Shown: positions 43,441 through 56,632 of the stretch, one piece after another
Numbering within the stretch: position 1 is the first letter of the stretch
Layout: every line of letters begins with the position of its first letter
From: Candidatus Limnocylindrales bacterium
GTDB taxonomy: Bacteria; Chloroflexota; Limnocylindria; Limnocylindrales; CSP1-4
Direction of reading: 5' to 3'
Length of the DNA stretch: 61,245 nt
Assembly: GCA_035717865.1 (NCBI GenBank)
Contig: DASTIE010000001.1
Coordinates: forward strand, 1 to 61,245
Notes under the pieces: model-generated
What the model saw: only the letters and a program-made list of their open reading frames with translations
Databases searched by the model: none
Told to the model about the DNA's origin: nothing
Program-made: the position numbers and the translations under genes

Positions 43441-44649
43441 ATGCGACCCGAGGAGCTCGACCCCGCACTGGCGATCGAGACGCTGGCCGTCCATGCCGGC
43501 CAGGAGCCAGACGAGGCGACCGGGGCCGTCTCGCCGCCGATCTACCAGACCTCGACCTATCGCCAGGCCGGTGTGGGGCGCCCGATCGACGACTACGACT
43601 ACGCGCGGACGAAGAACCCCACGCGCGACCGCTTCGAGCGCGCAGTCGCCGCGCTGGAGGGCGGCGGGTTCGGGATCGCATTTGCCTCCGGGTCGGCGAC
43701 CACCGCGGCCATCGCCGAGCTGGCCGAAAGCGATTCGGAGGTCGTCGTCGGCGACGACGTCTACGGCGGCACCTTCCGCTACCTCGAGAAGGTTCGGCGC
43801 CCGAATGGCGTGAACACCCTCTACGCGGACCTCGCGGCGGATCCCGAAGCGATGTGGGAGGCGCTGTCAGAGCGGACGCGGCTGGTGTGGTTCGAATCGC
43901 CGACCAACCCGCTGCTCAAGGTCGTCGACATCCGGGCGTCGGCCGCCGTCCTGCGCGAGCGGTTCGGGGAAGGCGCGCGGCCGCTGCTGGTGGTGGACAA
44001 CACGTTCGCGACGCCCGTCTTGCAGCGGCCCCTCGATCTCGGCGCCGACATCGTCTTCCACTCGGCGACGAAGTACCTGGCCGGCCATAGCGACACGGTG
44101 CTGGGGGTCGCGGTGACCCGCGATCCGGCGATTGCCGAGCGGCTGCGGTTTCTGCAGAACGCCGGCGGTGCGGTGCCGGGGCCGTTCGACTGCTTCCTGG
44201 CGCTTCGCGGTTTGAGGACGCTGCCCTTGCGCGTCGGTCGCCACAACGCCAACGCGTCGGAGGTGGCCCGCTTCCTCGCCGAGCGCGATGACATCGAGTG
44301 GCTTTCCTACCCGGGTCTCGCGAGCGGGCGCCACGCGCACGCGCAGGCCGCGTGTGCCTCGCAGCAGATGCGCGCGGGGGGCGGGATGGTGTCGTTCGTT
44401 CCCACGGCTCGCGCCGGCGTGTCCGCGCGCAACCGGGCGATCGCGATCTGCGAAGCGACGCGCATCTTCACCCTCGCCGAGTCCCTGGGCGGGGTCGAAT
44501 CGCTGATCGAGCTGCCGGCCGTGATGACCCACGCCTCCGTGGCCGGCTCGCCCCTCGAGGTGCCGGAGGCCCTCGTGCGGCTGTCCGTCGGCATCGAGGG
44601 TGCCGCTGACCTCATCGAGGACCTACGGCAGGCGCTCGACCGGAGCTGA
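43441..44649 (+). CDS. Cystathionine gamma-lyase/synthase family (Cys/Met-metabolism PLP enzyme)
   Basis: ORF 43351..44649 trimmed to the ATG at 43441. ..PPIYQTSTY.., ..YARTKNPTR.., PLP-Lys context ..FHSATKYLAGHSD... Confidence 0.85.
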   Translation: MRPEELDPALAIETLAVHAGQEPDEATGAVSPPIYQTSTYRQAGVGRPIDDYDYARTKNPTRDRFERAVAALEGGGFGIAFASGSATTAAIAELAESDSEVVVGDDVYGGTFRYLEKVRRPNGVNTLYADLAADPEAMWEALSERTRLVWFESPTNPLLKVVDIRASAAVLRERFGEGARPLLVVDNTFATPVLQRPLDLGADIVFHSATKYLAGHSDTVLGVAVTRDPAIAERLRFLQNAGGAVPGPFDCFLALRGLRTLPLRVGRHNANASEVARFLAERDDIEWLSYPGLASGRHAHAQAACASQQMRAGGGMVSFVPTARAGVSARNRAIAICEATRIFTLAESLGGVESLIELPAVMTHASVAGSPLEVPEALVRLSVGIEGAADLIEDLRQALDRS

Positions 44650-44652
44650 GGC

Positions 44653-44670
44653 GGGCCCCGCGCGGGGCTC
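44653..44670 (+). terminator. Short GC hairpin after the cystathionine lyase gene
   Basis: GGGCCCCG-CG-CGGGGCTC, 4 nt after the stop. No U-tract. Confidence 0.35.
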
Positions 44671-44888
44671 GCGGCGGAAGCGGGATCGGCACGGTCCTGC
44701 AAGGTGAGGTGACCTTCGGCCCGTTCCGGGCTTCCGGTGCGGTGCTAGGATTCCGGCCAGCAACGACTGCGGAAGCCGACTCTCACGTCCTCACGGACGG
44801 TGTCACGCGCGGCCGGTCGGATCGAAGCCAGGTGCCCGATGCCACTGCTGGTGGTGCTCGGGAGCCCGAGCAGGAGACCGACGCCGTC

Positions 44889-47520
<2,632 letters not shown>

Positions 47521-47542
47521 ACCGGGACCCTACACTCGCGGC

Positions 47543-48409
47543 GTGCAGCTCGCCGTCATCACCATCACGCTCGACCCCGTCCTGCGGCTGGGCGACACCT
47601 CGTCCGTTCGCTACGAGACGCTCGCGCTCGCGATCGTCCTGCTGCTCGGGCTCCTGGTCGCGGCGCGGACCGCCTCACGGATGCCGTCGGGCGACCCGGA
47701 TGATCCCTCGGCCGGCCTGCGGCTGGACGACCTGGTGTTCATCAGCGTCGGCGCGGTGCCCGGCGCGATCATCGGCGGCCGGCTCGGCTACGTCCTCGAC
47801 CACCTCGACTACTACCACGCGAACACGGCGGCGATCGTCGACCCGGGGCAGGGTGGGCTCACGCTCACGTTGGCGGTGCCGCTCGCGATCCTCACCGGGG
47901 CCCTGATCGCGCGGCTCCTGGGCGCGCCGGTCGGCCGCTGGATGCAGGCGGCGGTGCTGCCGCTGCTGTTCGTGCTGGCCGCCGGGAAGTTCATCGGCGT
48001 GCTCGGTGGGACCGGCCAGGGCGCGGTCAGCGACCTGCCGTGGGCGACGGCCTACGCCGGACCCGGGCCGTGGGGCTCCCTGGCGGCAGAGCTGCCCGCG
48101 CACCCGTCGCAGGTCTACGAGGGCCTGCTCGTGGCCGCCACCCTGCCGCTGCTGTATTTGCTCTCCCGGCTCGCCGGCGACTCGCGGCGAGCGGGTGCCG
48201 GCCTGTTCATCGCGCTCGGGCTCTGGGCGGTGGTCCGGCTCGCTGTCGCCACGACCTGGCGGGATCCAGCCGACGTCGGTCCGCTGCGCATGGAGCAGGC
48301 GCTCGCGGTGGTCGTGTTCGCTGCCGCCGTTGTCGGCGTCGTCACGCGCTGGCGCCGTCCCGTGACCGCCGGACGCCCGTCGCTGGACGTGGAAGGACAC
48401 CCGGCGTAG
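47543..48409 (+). CDS. Second Lgt-family (prolipoprotein diacylglyceryl transferase-like) membrane protein
   Basis: ..GAIIGGRLGYVLDH.., ..GKFIGVLGG.., ..HPSQVYEGL.. parallel the Lgt motifs, but the sequence is divergent from the copy at 38988. Confidence 0.65.
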   Translation: MQLAVITITLDPVLRLGDTSSVRYETLALAIVLLLGLLVAARTASRMPSGDPDDPSAGLRLDDLVFISVGAVPGAIIGGRLGYVLDHLDYYHANTAAIVDPGQGGLTLTLAVPLAILTGALIARLLGAPVGRWMQAAVLPLLFVLAAGKFIGVLGGTGQGAVSDLPWATAYAGPGPWGSLAAELPAHPSQVYEGLLVAATLPLLYLLSRLAGDSRRAGAGLFIALGLWAVVRLAVATTWRDPADVGPLRMEQALAVVVFAAAVVGVVTRWRRPVTAGRPSLDVEGHPA

Positions 48410-48497
48410 CCGGGGAGGGCCTTCGGATTCGTCCTCCGGGGGTACCCTTGAAGGACATTCGAACAGCTCTTCACGCCTGCAAACCGAGGTTCCGAGC

Positions 48498-50033
48498 ATG
48501 ACCCAGGTCGCCGAGCCGGAGCTCGAGCGCTCCACCCCCGCCACCGACAGCGTCCCGCACTGGATCGGCGGCAAGCGCGTCGCCGGCACGTCCGGCCGTC
48601 GCGGCCCGGTCTACAACCCTGCGATCGGCGCGGTCGCCCGCGAGGTCGATTTCGCCTCGGTCGAGGAGGTCGACGCCGCGGTCGCCGCGGCCCGCGCGGC
48701 GTTCCCCGCATGGCGATCGACGTCGCTGTCGCGGCGCACGGAGATCATGTTCCGCATCCGGAACCTGGTCGACCAGCATCGCAACGAGATCGCGGCATTC
48801 CTGACCGCCGAGCACGGCAAGGTCCCGTCCGACGCGCTGGGGGAGGTCGCGCGCGGCCTGGAGAACATCGAGTTCTCGACCGGCGTTCCGCACCTCATGA
48901 AGGGCAGCTACTCGGAGCAGGCCTCGACCGGCGTCGACGTCTACATGATCCGCCAGCCCCTCGGCGTCGTGGCCGGGATCACGCCGTTCAACTTCCCGGC
49001 GATGGTCCCGATGTGGATGTTCGCCAACGCGATCGCGTGCGGCAACACCTTCATCCTGAAGCCTTCGGAGAAGGACCCGTCCGCCTCGATCTACATGGCC
49101 GAGCTGCTCGCGGAGGCCGGCGTGCCGGACGGCGTCTTCAACGTCGTCCAGGGCGACAAGGTGGCGGTCGACGCGATCCTCGAGCACCCCCAGATCGCGG
49201 CGGTCAGCTTCGTCGGCTCCACGCCGATCGCGCGGCACATCTACGAGACGGGCACGAAGCACGGCAAGCGCGTGCAGGCCCTCGGCGGCGCGAAGAACCA
49301 CATGGTCGTGCTCCCGGACGCGGACATCGAGATGGCCGCCGACGCGGCGGTCTCGGCGGCCTACGGCTCCTCGGGCGAGCGGTGCATGGCCGTCTCGGTC
49401 GTGGTAGCCGTCGGTGACGTGGCCGATCCGCTGGTCGAAGCGATCACCGCCAGGCTGTCGAAGATCAACGTCGGCCCGGGCACGGACGAGCATGCCCAGA
49501 TGGGCCCGCTGGTCACGCGCGAGCACCGCGACAAGGTCGCGTCGTACCTCGATCGCGGCCGCGACCAGGGCGCGACCGTCATCGTCGACGGACGCGAGCA
49601 CGACTCGTACCGGTCCTCGGGCTTCTTCCTCGGACCGTCGCTGCTGGATCGCGTCACGCCGGACATGGACTCGTACTGCAACGAGATCTTCGGGCCGGTC
49701 CTGGAGGTCGTCCGCGCGACGACCTACGACGAGGCGCTCCAGCTCGTCAACGACAACCAGTACGGCAACGGCACCGCGATCTTCACCCGCGACGGCGGCG
49801 CGGCCCGGCAGTACCAGTTCGATGTGAACGTCGGCATGGTCGGGATCAACGTGCCCATTCCCGTGCCCGTCGCGTACTACAGCTTCGGCGGCTGGAAGGG
49901 CTCGCTGTTCGGCGACCTCCACATGTACGGGCCGGAGGGCATCCAGTTCTACACGCGGGGCAAGGTCGTGACGTCGCGCTGGCCGGACCCCGGAACCTCC
50001 CGGGTCGACCTCGGCTTTCCTCGAACCCGCTGA
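48498..50033 (+). CDS. mmsA: CoA-acylating methylmalonate-semialdehyde dehydrogenase
   Basis: ..ITPFNFPAMVPMWMF.., ..KPSEKDP.., ..SGERCMA.., ..FSFGGWKGSLFGD.. are typical of the MmsA branch of aldehyde dehydrogenases. Confidence 0.85.
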   Translation: MTQVAEPELERSTPATDSVPHWIGGKRVAGTSGRRGPVYNPAIGAVAREVDFASVEEVDAAVAAARAAFPAWRSTSLSRRTEIMFRIRNLVDQHRNEIAAFLTAEHGKVPSDALGEVARGLENIEFSTGVPHLMKGSYSEQASTGVDVYMIRQPLGVVAGITPFNFPAMVPMWMFANAIACGNTFILKPSEKDPSASIYMAELLAEAGVPDGVFNVVQGDKVAVDAILEHPQIAAVSFVGSTPIARHIYETGTKHGKRVQALGGAKNHMVVLPDADIEMAADAAVSAAYGSSGERCMAVSVVVAVGDVADPLVEAITARLSKINVGPGTDEHAQMGPLVTREHRDKVASYLDRGRDQGATVIVDGREHDSYRSSGFFLGPSLLDRVTPDMDSYCNEIFGPVLEVVRATTYDEALQLVNDNQYGNGTAIFTRDGGAARQYQFDVNVGMVGINVPIPVPVAYYSFGGWKGSLFGDLHMYGPEGIQFYTRGKVVTSRWPDPGTSRVDLGFPRTR

Positions 50034-50051
50034 GCGGACCAACGGGCCGGG

Positions 50052-51380
50052 ATGCGAATCCTGCTTCGGGCCCCCAAGAACACGCTTGACGCCAGGCCTG
50101 CGCGCGAGGTCCTCGAGCGCAACCTGATCCTCGGCAACGCCGGGAACCTCCTGTTCATCGGCGCAGCCCAGAAGCTGCTCTCGGCGCCGGGCGTGAGGAT
50201 CGAACCGGATCGAGCGCGGGTCGGCGCGCGCGACGCCGGCATGATCAACGAGCGCTTCGACCACTATGTCGTGCCGCTGGCCAATGCCTTCCGGCCGTTC
50301 TACGAGTCGAGCCTCCTGCAGCACGCCGCCCTGTTGTCCCGGCTCCGAATCCCGGTCACCGTCCTCGGGGTGGCGGCGCAGGGCAGTGTCGCCGGCGACT
50401 TCTCCCGGCTCCGGCCGATGGAGCCCGCCATCCGCGCATTCCTCCGCGCCGTGCTCGATCGCGGCCCATCGATCGGGGTTCGTGGCGAGCTGACCGCCGA
50501 CTACGTGCGGGGCCTCGGCTTCCACGACGTCGCGGTGATCGGCTGTCCATCGATGTTCGCCGGCGGCCCGGCGCTGCCGGCACCGCGCGTCGTCGACCTC
50601 ACGGGCGATGCACGCGTCGCGATCACGATCTCGCCGTACACGGCCGCCATGGCGCCGATCGTGAGGGCCAACCTCGCGCGCTACCCGAAGCTCGAGTACA
50701 TCGCGCAGGACCTCGAGAGCATCGAGCTCCTCCTGTGGGGCGTGCCCTGGAAGCGCGGCCTGCCGGGCGACGCGATGCCGGTGCATCCGAGCCATCCATT
50801 GATCGAAGGCGGCCGGATGCGGCTGTTCCTGGACCCGTGGCCATGGGTGGAGTACCTGCGGGGGTTCGCTGCCGTGTTCGGGAGCCGGATCCACGGCTCC
50901 ATCGCCGCGGTCCTCGCCGGCACGCCGGTCGTCGTGCTCCCGCACGACAGCCGGACCCTCGAGCTGGCGCGGTACTTCGAAATCCCGCATCGGCCGGTCC
51001 GGGAGGTCGCGCCGGATATCGATCCGGCGCTGCTGGTACAGGAGGCGGACTTCGGGCCGCTGATCGCGGGGCACGCGGCCCGCTGGCAGCGATTCGCGGA
51101 CTATCTCGCGAGTCACCGCCTCGATCACGTCTTCGCGCATCCGGGCGCGGCAGCGGTGTTCGACGCGGAGGTGGCGAGCACGGCATATCCGGCCCCGCTG
51201 GCCTCGCCCGCACCGGGTTTCGGCGCTGCTCCCTTGTCCGTCGCTGCGCGCGTGGACGCGGCGCTCTTCAGGGGCCGTCGCGCCCTGCGTCGCGGGTCCC
51301 TGCGGAAGGTCCGGCTTGCCGCGCTCCGGTCCGGCTCCCAGCCGGAGCCGACGGACCAGGCAGCGCCGCTCGCGACCTGA
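50052..51380 (+). CDS. Polysaccharide pyruvyl transferase family protein
   Basis: N-terminal ..GNAGNLLF.. and ..IGVRGELT.., ..GSRIHGSIAA.. resemble the pyruvyl-transferase family. Assigned from memory of family motifs. Confidence 0.55.
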   Translation: MRILLRAPKNTLDARPAREVLERNLILGNAGNLLFIGAAQKLLSAPGVRIEPDRARVGARDAGMINERFDHYVVPLANAFRPFYESSLLQHAALLSRLRIPVTVLGVAAQGSVAGDFSRLRPMEPAIRAFLRAVLDRGPSIGVRGELTADYVRGLGFHDVAVIGCPSMFAGGPALPAPRVVDLTGDARVAITISPYTAAMAPIVRANLARYPKLEYIAQDLESIELLLWGVPWKRGLPGDAMPVHPSHPLIEGGRMRLFLDPWPWVEYLRGFAAVFGSRIHGSIAAVLAGTPVVVLPHDSRTLELARYFEIPHRPVREVAPDIDPALLVQEADFGPLIAGHAARWQRFADYLASHRLDHVFAHPGAAAVFDAEVASTAYPAPLASPAPGFGAAPLSVAARVDAALFRGRRALRRGSLRKVRLAALRSGSQPEPTDQAAPLAT

Positions 51381-51384
51381 AACC

Positions 51385-52578
51385 ATGAGCCAACCCACAG
51401 CCACTCGCGAGGAGGTCGACATCGTCACCCAGGATCGACCGCGCGTTCAGGGCGTCGGCGTGCGCGAGTGGCGCCCCCGCCCGACGCTCGCTGGTGCGGA
51501 CTACGCCAGCCAGGCGGTCTACGACGAGGAGCGCGAACGGCTCTTCCACGGCGGCTGGTTCTGCATCGGGCGCGCCGAGGAGGTCCCGGCAACCGGCAGC
51601 TACCTCGTCCGCGACGTGGCCGGCGAGTCCGTGTTCGTCGTGCGAAACCGCGACGGCGAGCTCCGGGCGTTCTACAACGTCTGCGCCCACCGCGGGACCA
51701 AGATCCTGGACGACGAGCCCGCCTGCGGCACGGTCGGCAAGGCCATCAAGTGCCCGTACCACGCCTGGTCCTACGACCTCGACGGCCGGCTCCTCGCCAC
51801 GCCGAACGTCCACGAGGACGAGCAGTTCGAGCGCGCCGAGTACCGGCTGAACGAGGTCGCCGTCGACGAGCGGGGCGGCTTCCTGTTCGTGTCGCTCGCG
51901 GACGAGCCGGGGAGCCTCGTCGACTGGCTGGGCAACAGCAACGAGACGATCCTCGACTTCGAACGCTACCGGCTGGGCGAGCTGCGCCTGGCGCGCCGCA
52001 TCACGTACGACGTTGCCGCGAACTGGAAGATCATCGTCGAGAACTACAACGAGTGCCTCCACTGCCCGCAGATCCACCCGGAGCTCGTCCAGGTCATCCC
52101 GCTGTACCGGAAGGGCGAGGTCTGGGACGGCGAGACGCGCGACGGCGGCAACGAGATGGCTCCCGGCGCGACCTCGTTCACCGCTACCGGCACCTCGGAC
52201 CTGCCGAAGTTCCCGGACCTCTTCGCCGAGGACTACGGCATGTACTACGGCGCCTTCCAGTTCCCGAACCTCATGGTCAACATGCACCCGGATTCGGTGA
52301 TGGCCTACCTCGTCTACCCGAACGGGCCCGCCCGAACCACGGTCGTCTCCGAGTTCTACTTCCGGCCGGAGGCACTGGCGCTCCCTAGCTTCGACCCGAG
52401 CCCGACGGTCGAGCTGTGGGACCTCATCAGCCGCCAGGACTGGCAGGTCTGCGAGCGCGCCCAGCTCGGGGTGTCTTCGCGCGGCTACAAGGGCGGCGTC
52501 TACCCGCGCAAGGACCGCCTGCTGTTCGACTTCAACGAGCGCTGGCGCGAGTCGATGGGGCGCCCCCTCGTCGGCTAG
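51385..52578 (+). CDS. Rieske non-heme-iron aromatic-ring-hydroxylating oxygenase, alpha subunit
   Basis: ORF 51316..52578 trimmed to the ATG at 51385. Rieske motifs ..CAHRG.. and ..CPYHAW... Mononuclear iron region ..NYNECLHCPQIHPEL... Confidence 0.85.
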   Translation: MSQPTATREEVDIVTQDRPRVQGVGVREWRPRPTLAGADYASQAVYDEERERLFHGGWFCIGRAEEVPATGSYLVRDVAGESVFVVRNRDGELRAFYNVCAHRGTKILDDEPACGTVGKAIKCPYHAWSYDLDGRLLATPNVHEDEQFERAEYRLNEVAVDERGGFLFVSLADEPGSLVDWLGNSNETILDFERYRLGELRLARRITYDVAANWKIIVENYNECLHCPQIHPELVQVIPLYRKGEVWDGETRDGGNEMAPGATSFTATGTSDLPKFPDLFAEDYGMYYGAFQFPNLMVNMHPDSVMAYLVYPNGPARTTVVSEFYFRPEALALPSFDPSPTVELWDLISRQDWQVCERAQLGVSSRGYKGGVYPRKDRLLFDFNERWRESMGRPLVG

Positions 52579-53348
52579 GCGGCCGGCAGCCGTCGGAACA
52601 CGAGGAGGGCCAGGTCGTCGGCGGGTTGCGCCGATCCCTGGAACGCCAGCACCGACTGGATGACCGAACGAGCGGTGTCCTCGGCGGTGTCAGCGACGCC
52701 GCATTCCGTGATCTTCGAGAAGAGGCGCAGGTCACCGAACCGGGACCCGTCCGGCGCCGCGGCGTCGGTGATGCCGTCCGTGTACAGCACGATTCGCTCC
52801 CCGGGCTTGATCTCGAGGCGCTGGAGGGTCAGGTCCAGCCTGCCGAAGACTCCGAGGAGCGGCCCCGCGCCCTCGACCCACGTGGGATCAGAGCCGTCCG
52901 GACGGGCGAGCAGCGGCCGTTCGTGTCCGGCATTCGCGTACTCGAGGACGCCCGTGTCCAGGTCGAGGACGCCGCACAGGACCGTGATGAAGAGGCCCGT
53001 GCGCCGCTCGTTGACGAGGATGCCGTTCGTGAGCTCCAGCGCCTGCACGGGGTCGCCGGAACGGTCGAGTGCGGAGCGCAGCACGGCCCGCGCGAAGGCC
53101 ATCATCACGGCCGCGGCGATGCCCTTTCCGGACACGTCCGCGATGACGATGCCGAGGTGCCGCGGCCGGTCCGGATCGAGCAGCGGGAAGACGTCGAAGA
53201 AGTCGCCGCCGATCGATCGCGCGGGCCGGTAGTCGCTCGCGATCTCCCAGCCGTCCGCCTCGACTCCCGCGAGCAGGACGAGGGTGCGCTGGATCCGCTG
53301 GGCGACCTGGAGCTCGCGCTCGAGGAGCTCCGCGTCGGAGGTCGTCGG
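52575..53348 (-). CDS. PP2C/SpoIIE-type serine phosphatase domain with no start codon of its own (in-frame continuation of the upstream ORF after TGA)
   Basis: My translation of 53348..53136 gives PTTSDAELLERELQVAQRIQRTLVLLAGVEADGWEIASDYRPARSIGGDFFDVFPLLDPDRPRHLGIVIAD, then VSGKGIAAAVMM... There is no ATG, GTG or TTG between the TGA (53349..53351) and the GTG at 53135. That GTG would delete the GGDFFD metal-binding segment. Confidence 0.6.
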   Translation of the reverse strand, partial: PTTSDAELLERELQVAQRIQRTLVLLAGVEADGWEIASDYRPARSIGGDFFDVFPLLDPDRPRHLGIVIADVSGKGIAAAVMMAFARAVLRSALDRSGDPVQALELTNGILVNERRTGLFITVLCGVLDLDTGVLEYANAGHERPLLARPDGSDPTWVEGAGPLLGVFGRLDLTLQRLEIKPGERIVLYTDGITDAAAPDGSRFGDLRLFSKITECGVADTAEDTARSVIQSVLAFQGSAQPADDLALLVFRRLPAA

Positions 53349-54239
53349 TCAGGCTCCCTGCAGCGCGGCGACGGCGCTGCTCCGATCGGCATCGATCGGA
53401 AAGAGCCTGCCGATGCCGGTTCGCTCCAGGACGCGCGCGATCGCCTCCTGCGGCGCGGCGAGGCGGACGGTGGCCGCCTCGCCCTCCTGGTCGCCGGCAA
53501 CTTCGTGGAGCGCGCCCCAGCCGGCCTCTGGATCCGGCGGCGTCTCGCCGCGCATGATGCGGAACGCCGAGTGGAGGGCGAAGAGGCCGGAGCTGGCCAT
53601 GAAGCCGAGCTTCGACAGATCGACGACGAGCCCGCGGGCGCCGCGCGCGTAGGCCTCGCGGACGGCCTCGATGACGCGCTCGTAGTTCGAGGCGTCGAGC
53701 TCCCCGTCGAGCGCGAGGACGCTGACGGCCGGCGACCCGCCGAGGTCCTCGACATCGATCGTCATCGCCATCGGTCTGTCCTCCTCGGCCGGGTTGTCGT
53801 CGATCGAGCGGACGAGCGTCAGCTCGTTGCCGCCGCCGGGACGGACATGATGCCGCACCGCATCGGTCATCGTTCGAGCGAGATGCAGCCCCACGCCCGC
53901 GTTGCCGGGCCGGCGGGGCGCGCGCCCCCCGGGGTCGGCGAGCACGGTGGGGTCGAACGCGGGTGCCCGATCCAGGATCCTGATCTCGATCGATCCATCG
54001 CGGAGCGCCGCCTGGACCTCGATCTCGCCGGGCTTGCCGTCGTAGCCATGGAGCATGACGTTGCACGTCACCTCGTCGACCGCCTGCACGAGGTCCTCCG
54101 CGGCACGCTTCGAGCCGCCGAAGGCATGGACCGCATCGCGAACGAAGGCGCGCACCTCGGCGAGCCGGTCGACGTGGGCCTCCACGGCGAGGCGCAGCGG
54201 TGGGGCGGAGGCGGTGGCCTGGCCGCCCGCACGGGTCAT
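53349..54239 (-). CDS. Fusion of an RsbW-like anti-sigma serine kinase (HATPase) and a STAS (anti-sigma antagonist) domain
   Basis: ORF 53349..54416 trimmed to the ATG at 54239 (ATGA overlap with the VOC stop). Kinase part ..DEVTCNVMLHGY.., ..EIRILDRAPAFDP.., ..GVGLHLARTM... STAS part ..VVDLSKLGFMASSGL... Confidence 0.75.
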   Translation of the reverse strand: MTRAGGQATASAPPLRLAVEAHVDRLAEVRAFVRDAVHAFGGSKRAAEDLVQAVDEVTCNVMLHGYDGKPGEIEVQAALRDGSIEIRILDRAPAFDPTVLADPGGRAPRRPGNAGVGLHLARTMTDAVRHHVRPGGGNELTLVRSIDDNPAEEDRPMAMTIDVEDLGGSPAVSVLALDGELDASNYERVIEAVREAYARGARGLVVDLSKLGFMASSGLFALHSAFRIMRGETPPDPEAGWGALHEVAGDQEGEAATVRLAAPQEAIARVLERTGIGRLFPIDADRSSAVAALQGA

Positions 54240-54697
54240 GACCACGCCTGCAGCTCGACGATGTTGCCGTCCGGATCGGTCGCGTAGCACCACGTGACCT
54301 GGCGGCCCGCCGCCGTCGTGGTCGTGACGATGTCGCCGACGCGGCCGCCTCCCGCAGCCAGGACGACATCGAGGGCGGCCGGCACATCGGGAACCTGGAA
54401 CGCCACGTGGCCCCATCCGGCGCGATCGACCCGCGCCTCGCGCGCGGGCTCGACGCTGTCGTACTGAAAGATCTCGATCGTCGGACCCTCGGGCCCGTAG
54501 CCAGGCAGCCGCAGGTGTGCGCCGGTGAGATGGGCGCCCGTCACGCCGGTTGCGCGATCCAGGTGCGGGCCGGAGATGTCGCGCTCCGGCGGAACGAGCT
54601 CGCAGCCGAAGACATCGGTGTAGAAGCGCGCGAGGCGACGCCAGTCGGCGCCCGTCACGTTGACGTGCCCGAACCGCGCGCCGTCGATCCTTGCCAC
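54236..54697 (-). CDS. VOC (glyoxalase/bleomycin-resistance/dioxygenase) family protein
   Basis: Only the C-terminal ~153 codons of ORF 54236..56311 are credible: ..FGHVNVTGADWRRLARFYTDVFG.., ..GWGHVAFQV.., ..DPDGNIVELQ... The GTG start at 54697 is tentative. Confidence 0.65.
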   Translation of the reverse strand: MARIDGARFGHVNVTGADWRRLARFYTDVFGCELVPPERDISGPHLDRATGVTGAHLTGAHLRLPGYGPEGPTIEIFQYDSVEPAREARVDRAGWGHVAFQVPDVPAALDVVLAAGGGRVGDIVTTTTAAGRQVTWCYATDPDGNIVELQAWS

Positions 54698-54711
54698 CCA
54701 GGTGGAGGCCG

Positions 54712-56106
<1,395 letters not shown>

Positions 56107-56142
56107 CGCTCCTCCTTCGATGAGGAGCAGATCGTAGCCGCG

Positions 56143-56346
56143 CTAGACGCCGAAGGGCACGTGGATCCCGAGCATATGCGCGAAGCCGAGGTGGATCGCC
56201 CAGAGCGCTCCGGAGCCGAACAGCGCCGTGAGCGAGAAGACGAACGCCAGGAACGAGACGAACCGCGTGTAGCGGTAGCGGCGCCGTGCGGCGGAACCAT
56301 CCACGTCCCACCAGGGGTCATGACGCCGGAAGGCCAGGGTCGGCAT
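56143..56346 (-). CDS. Small membrane protein (67 aa) upstream of the hydantoinase gene
   Basis: ATG at 56346 within ORF 56143..56490. MPTLAFRRHDPWWDVD.. is followed by two hydrophobic stretches (FVSFLAFVFSLTALFGSGALWAIHLGF). Confidence 0.4.
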   Translation of the reverse strand: MPTLAFRRHDPWWDVDGSAARRRYRYTRFVSFLAFVFSLTALFGSGALWAIHLGFAHMLGIHVPFGV

Positions 56347-56542
56347 GAGAAGCCTCGACTGTGGCGAAAGTGCCGGGTTTGTTGGACAGGCCGAGTCTCG
56401 CTCGCGGCGGTTCGGAGAGGAAGGCGGACCTTCGGTGCAGGGACCGTGACAAACGTCCCAAGAGCGACCGGGACCGCACCGGACCGGCACATCGAGGCGG
56501 CGCGCGGCGACACCGCGCTCAGCAAGGGTGTCCGAAAGGATG

Positions 56543-56564
56543 GAGCCCCGGGTTTCCGGGGCTC
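56543..56564 (-). terminator. Hairpin terminator after the Lys-rich micro-ORF
   Basis: Perfect 9-bp stem GAGCCCCGG/CCGGGGCTC with a 4-nt loop, 5 nt after the TAG at 56570. Followed on the minus strand by CATCCTTTC. Confidence 0.6.
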
Positions 56565-56569
56565 GTCGG

Positions 56570-56632
56570 CTACTTGGCGGTCTTCGCCTTGTTCTGCTTC
56601 GGCTTCTTCGGGGTCTTCGCCTTCTTGTCCAT
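56570..56632 (-). CDS. Lys-rich 20-aa micro-ORF (MDKKAKTPKKPKQNKAKTAK)
   Basis: Too short for the ORF track. ATG at 56632 preceded by GAGGAG (4-nt spacer), TAG at 56570, hairpin immediately downstream. Lies 45 nt after the LLM oxidoreductase stop, on the same strand. Confidence 0.5.
   Translation of the reverse strand: MDKKAKTPKKPKQNKAKTAK

Noticed and set aside
48471-51428. 985-aa minus-strand ORF
   Set aside because: It is antisense to mmsA and the pyruvyl transferase gene, both of which have clear family motifs. Its composition is shadow-like.
53349-53351. Reading the in-frame TGA as selenocysteine or as a recoded sense codon
   Set aside because: TGA is used as an ordinary stop by many genes in this window, so the genetic code is standard. 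The position is an interdomain linker with no redox context. The downstream hairpin is short and built from GAGCTC palindromes rather than a recognisable bacterial SECIS. Kept only as a remote possibility within the readthrough hypothesis.
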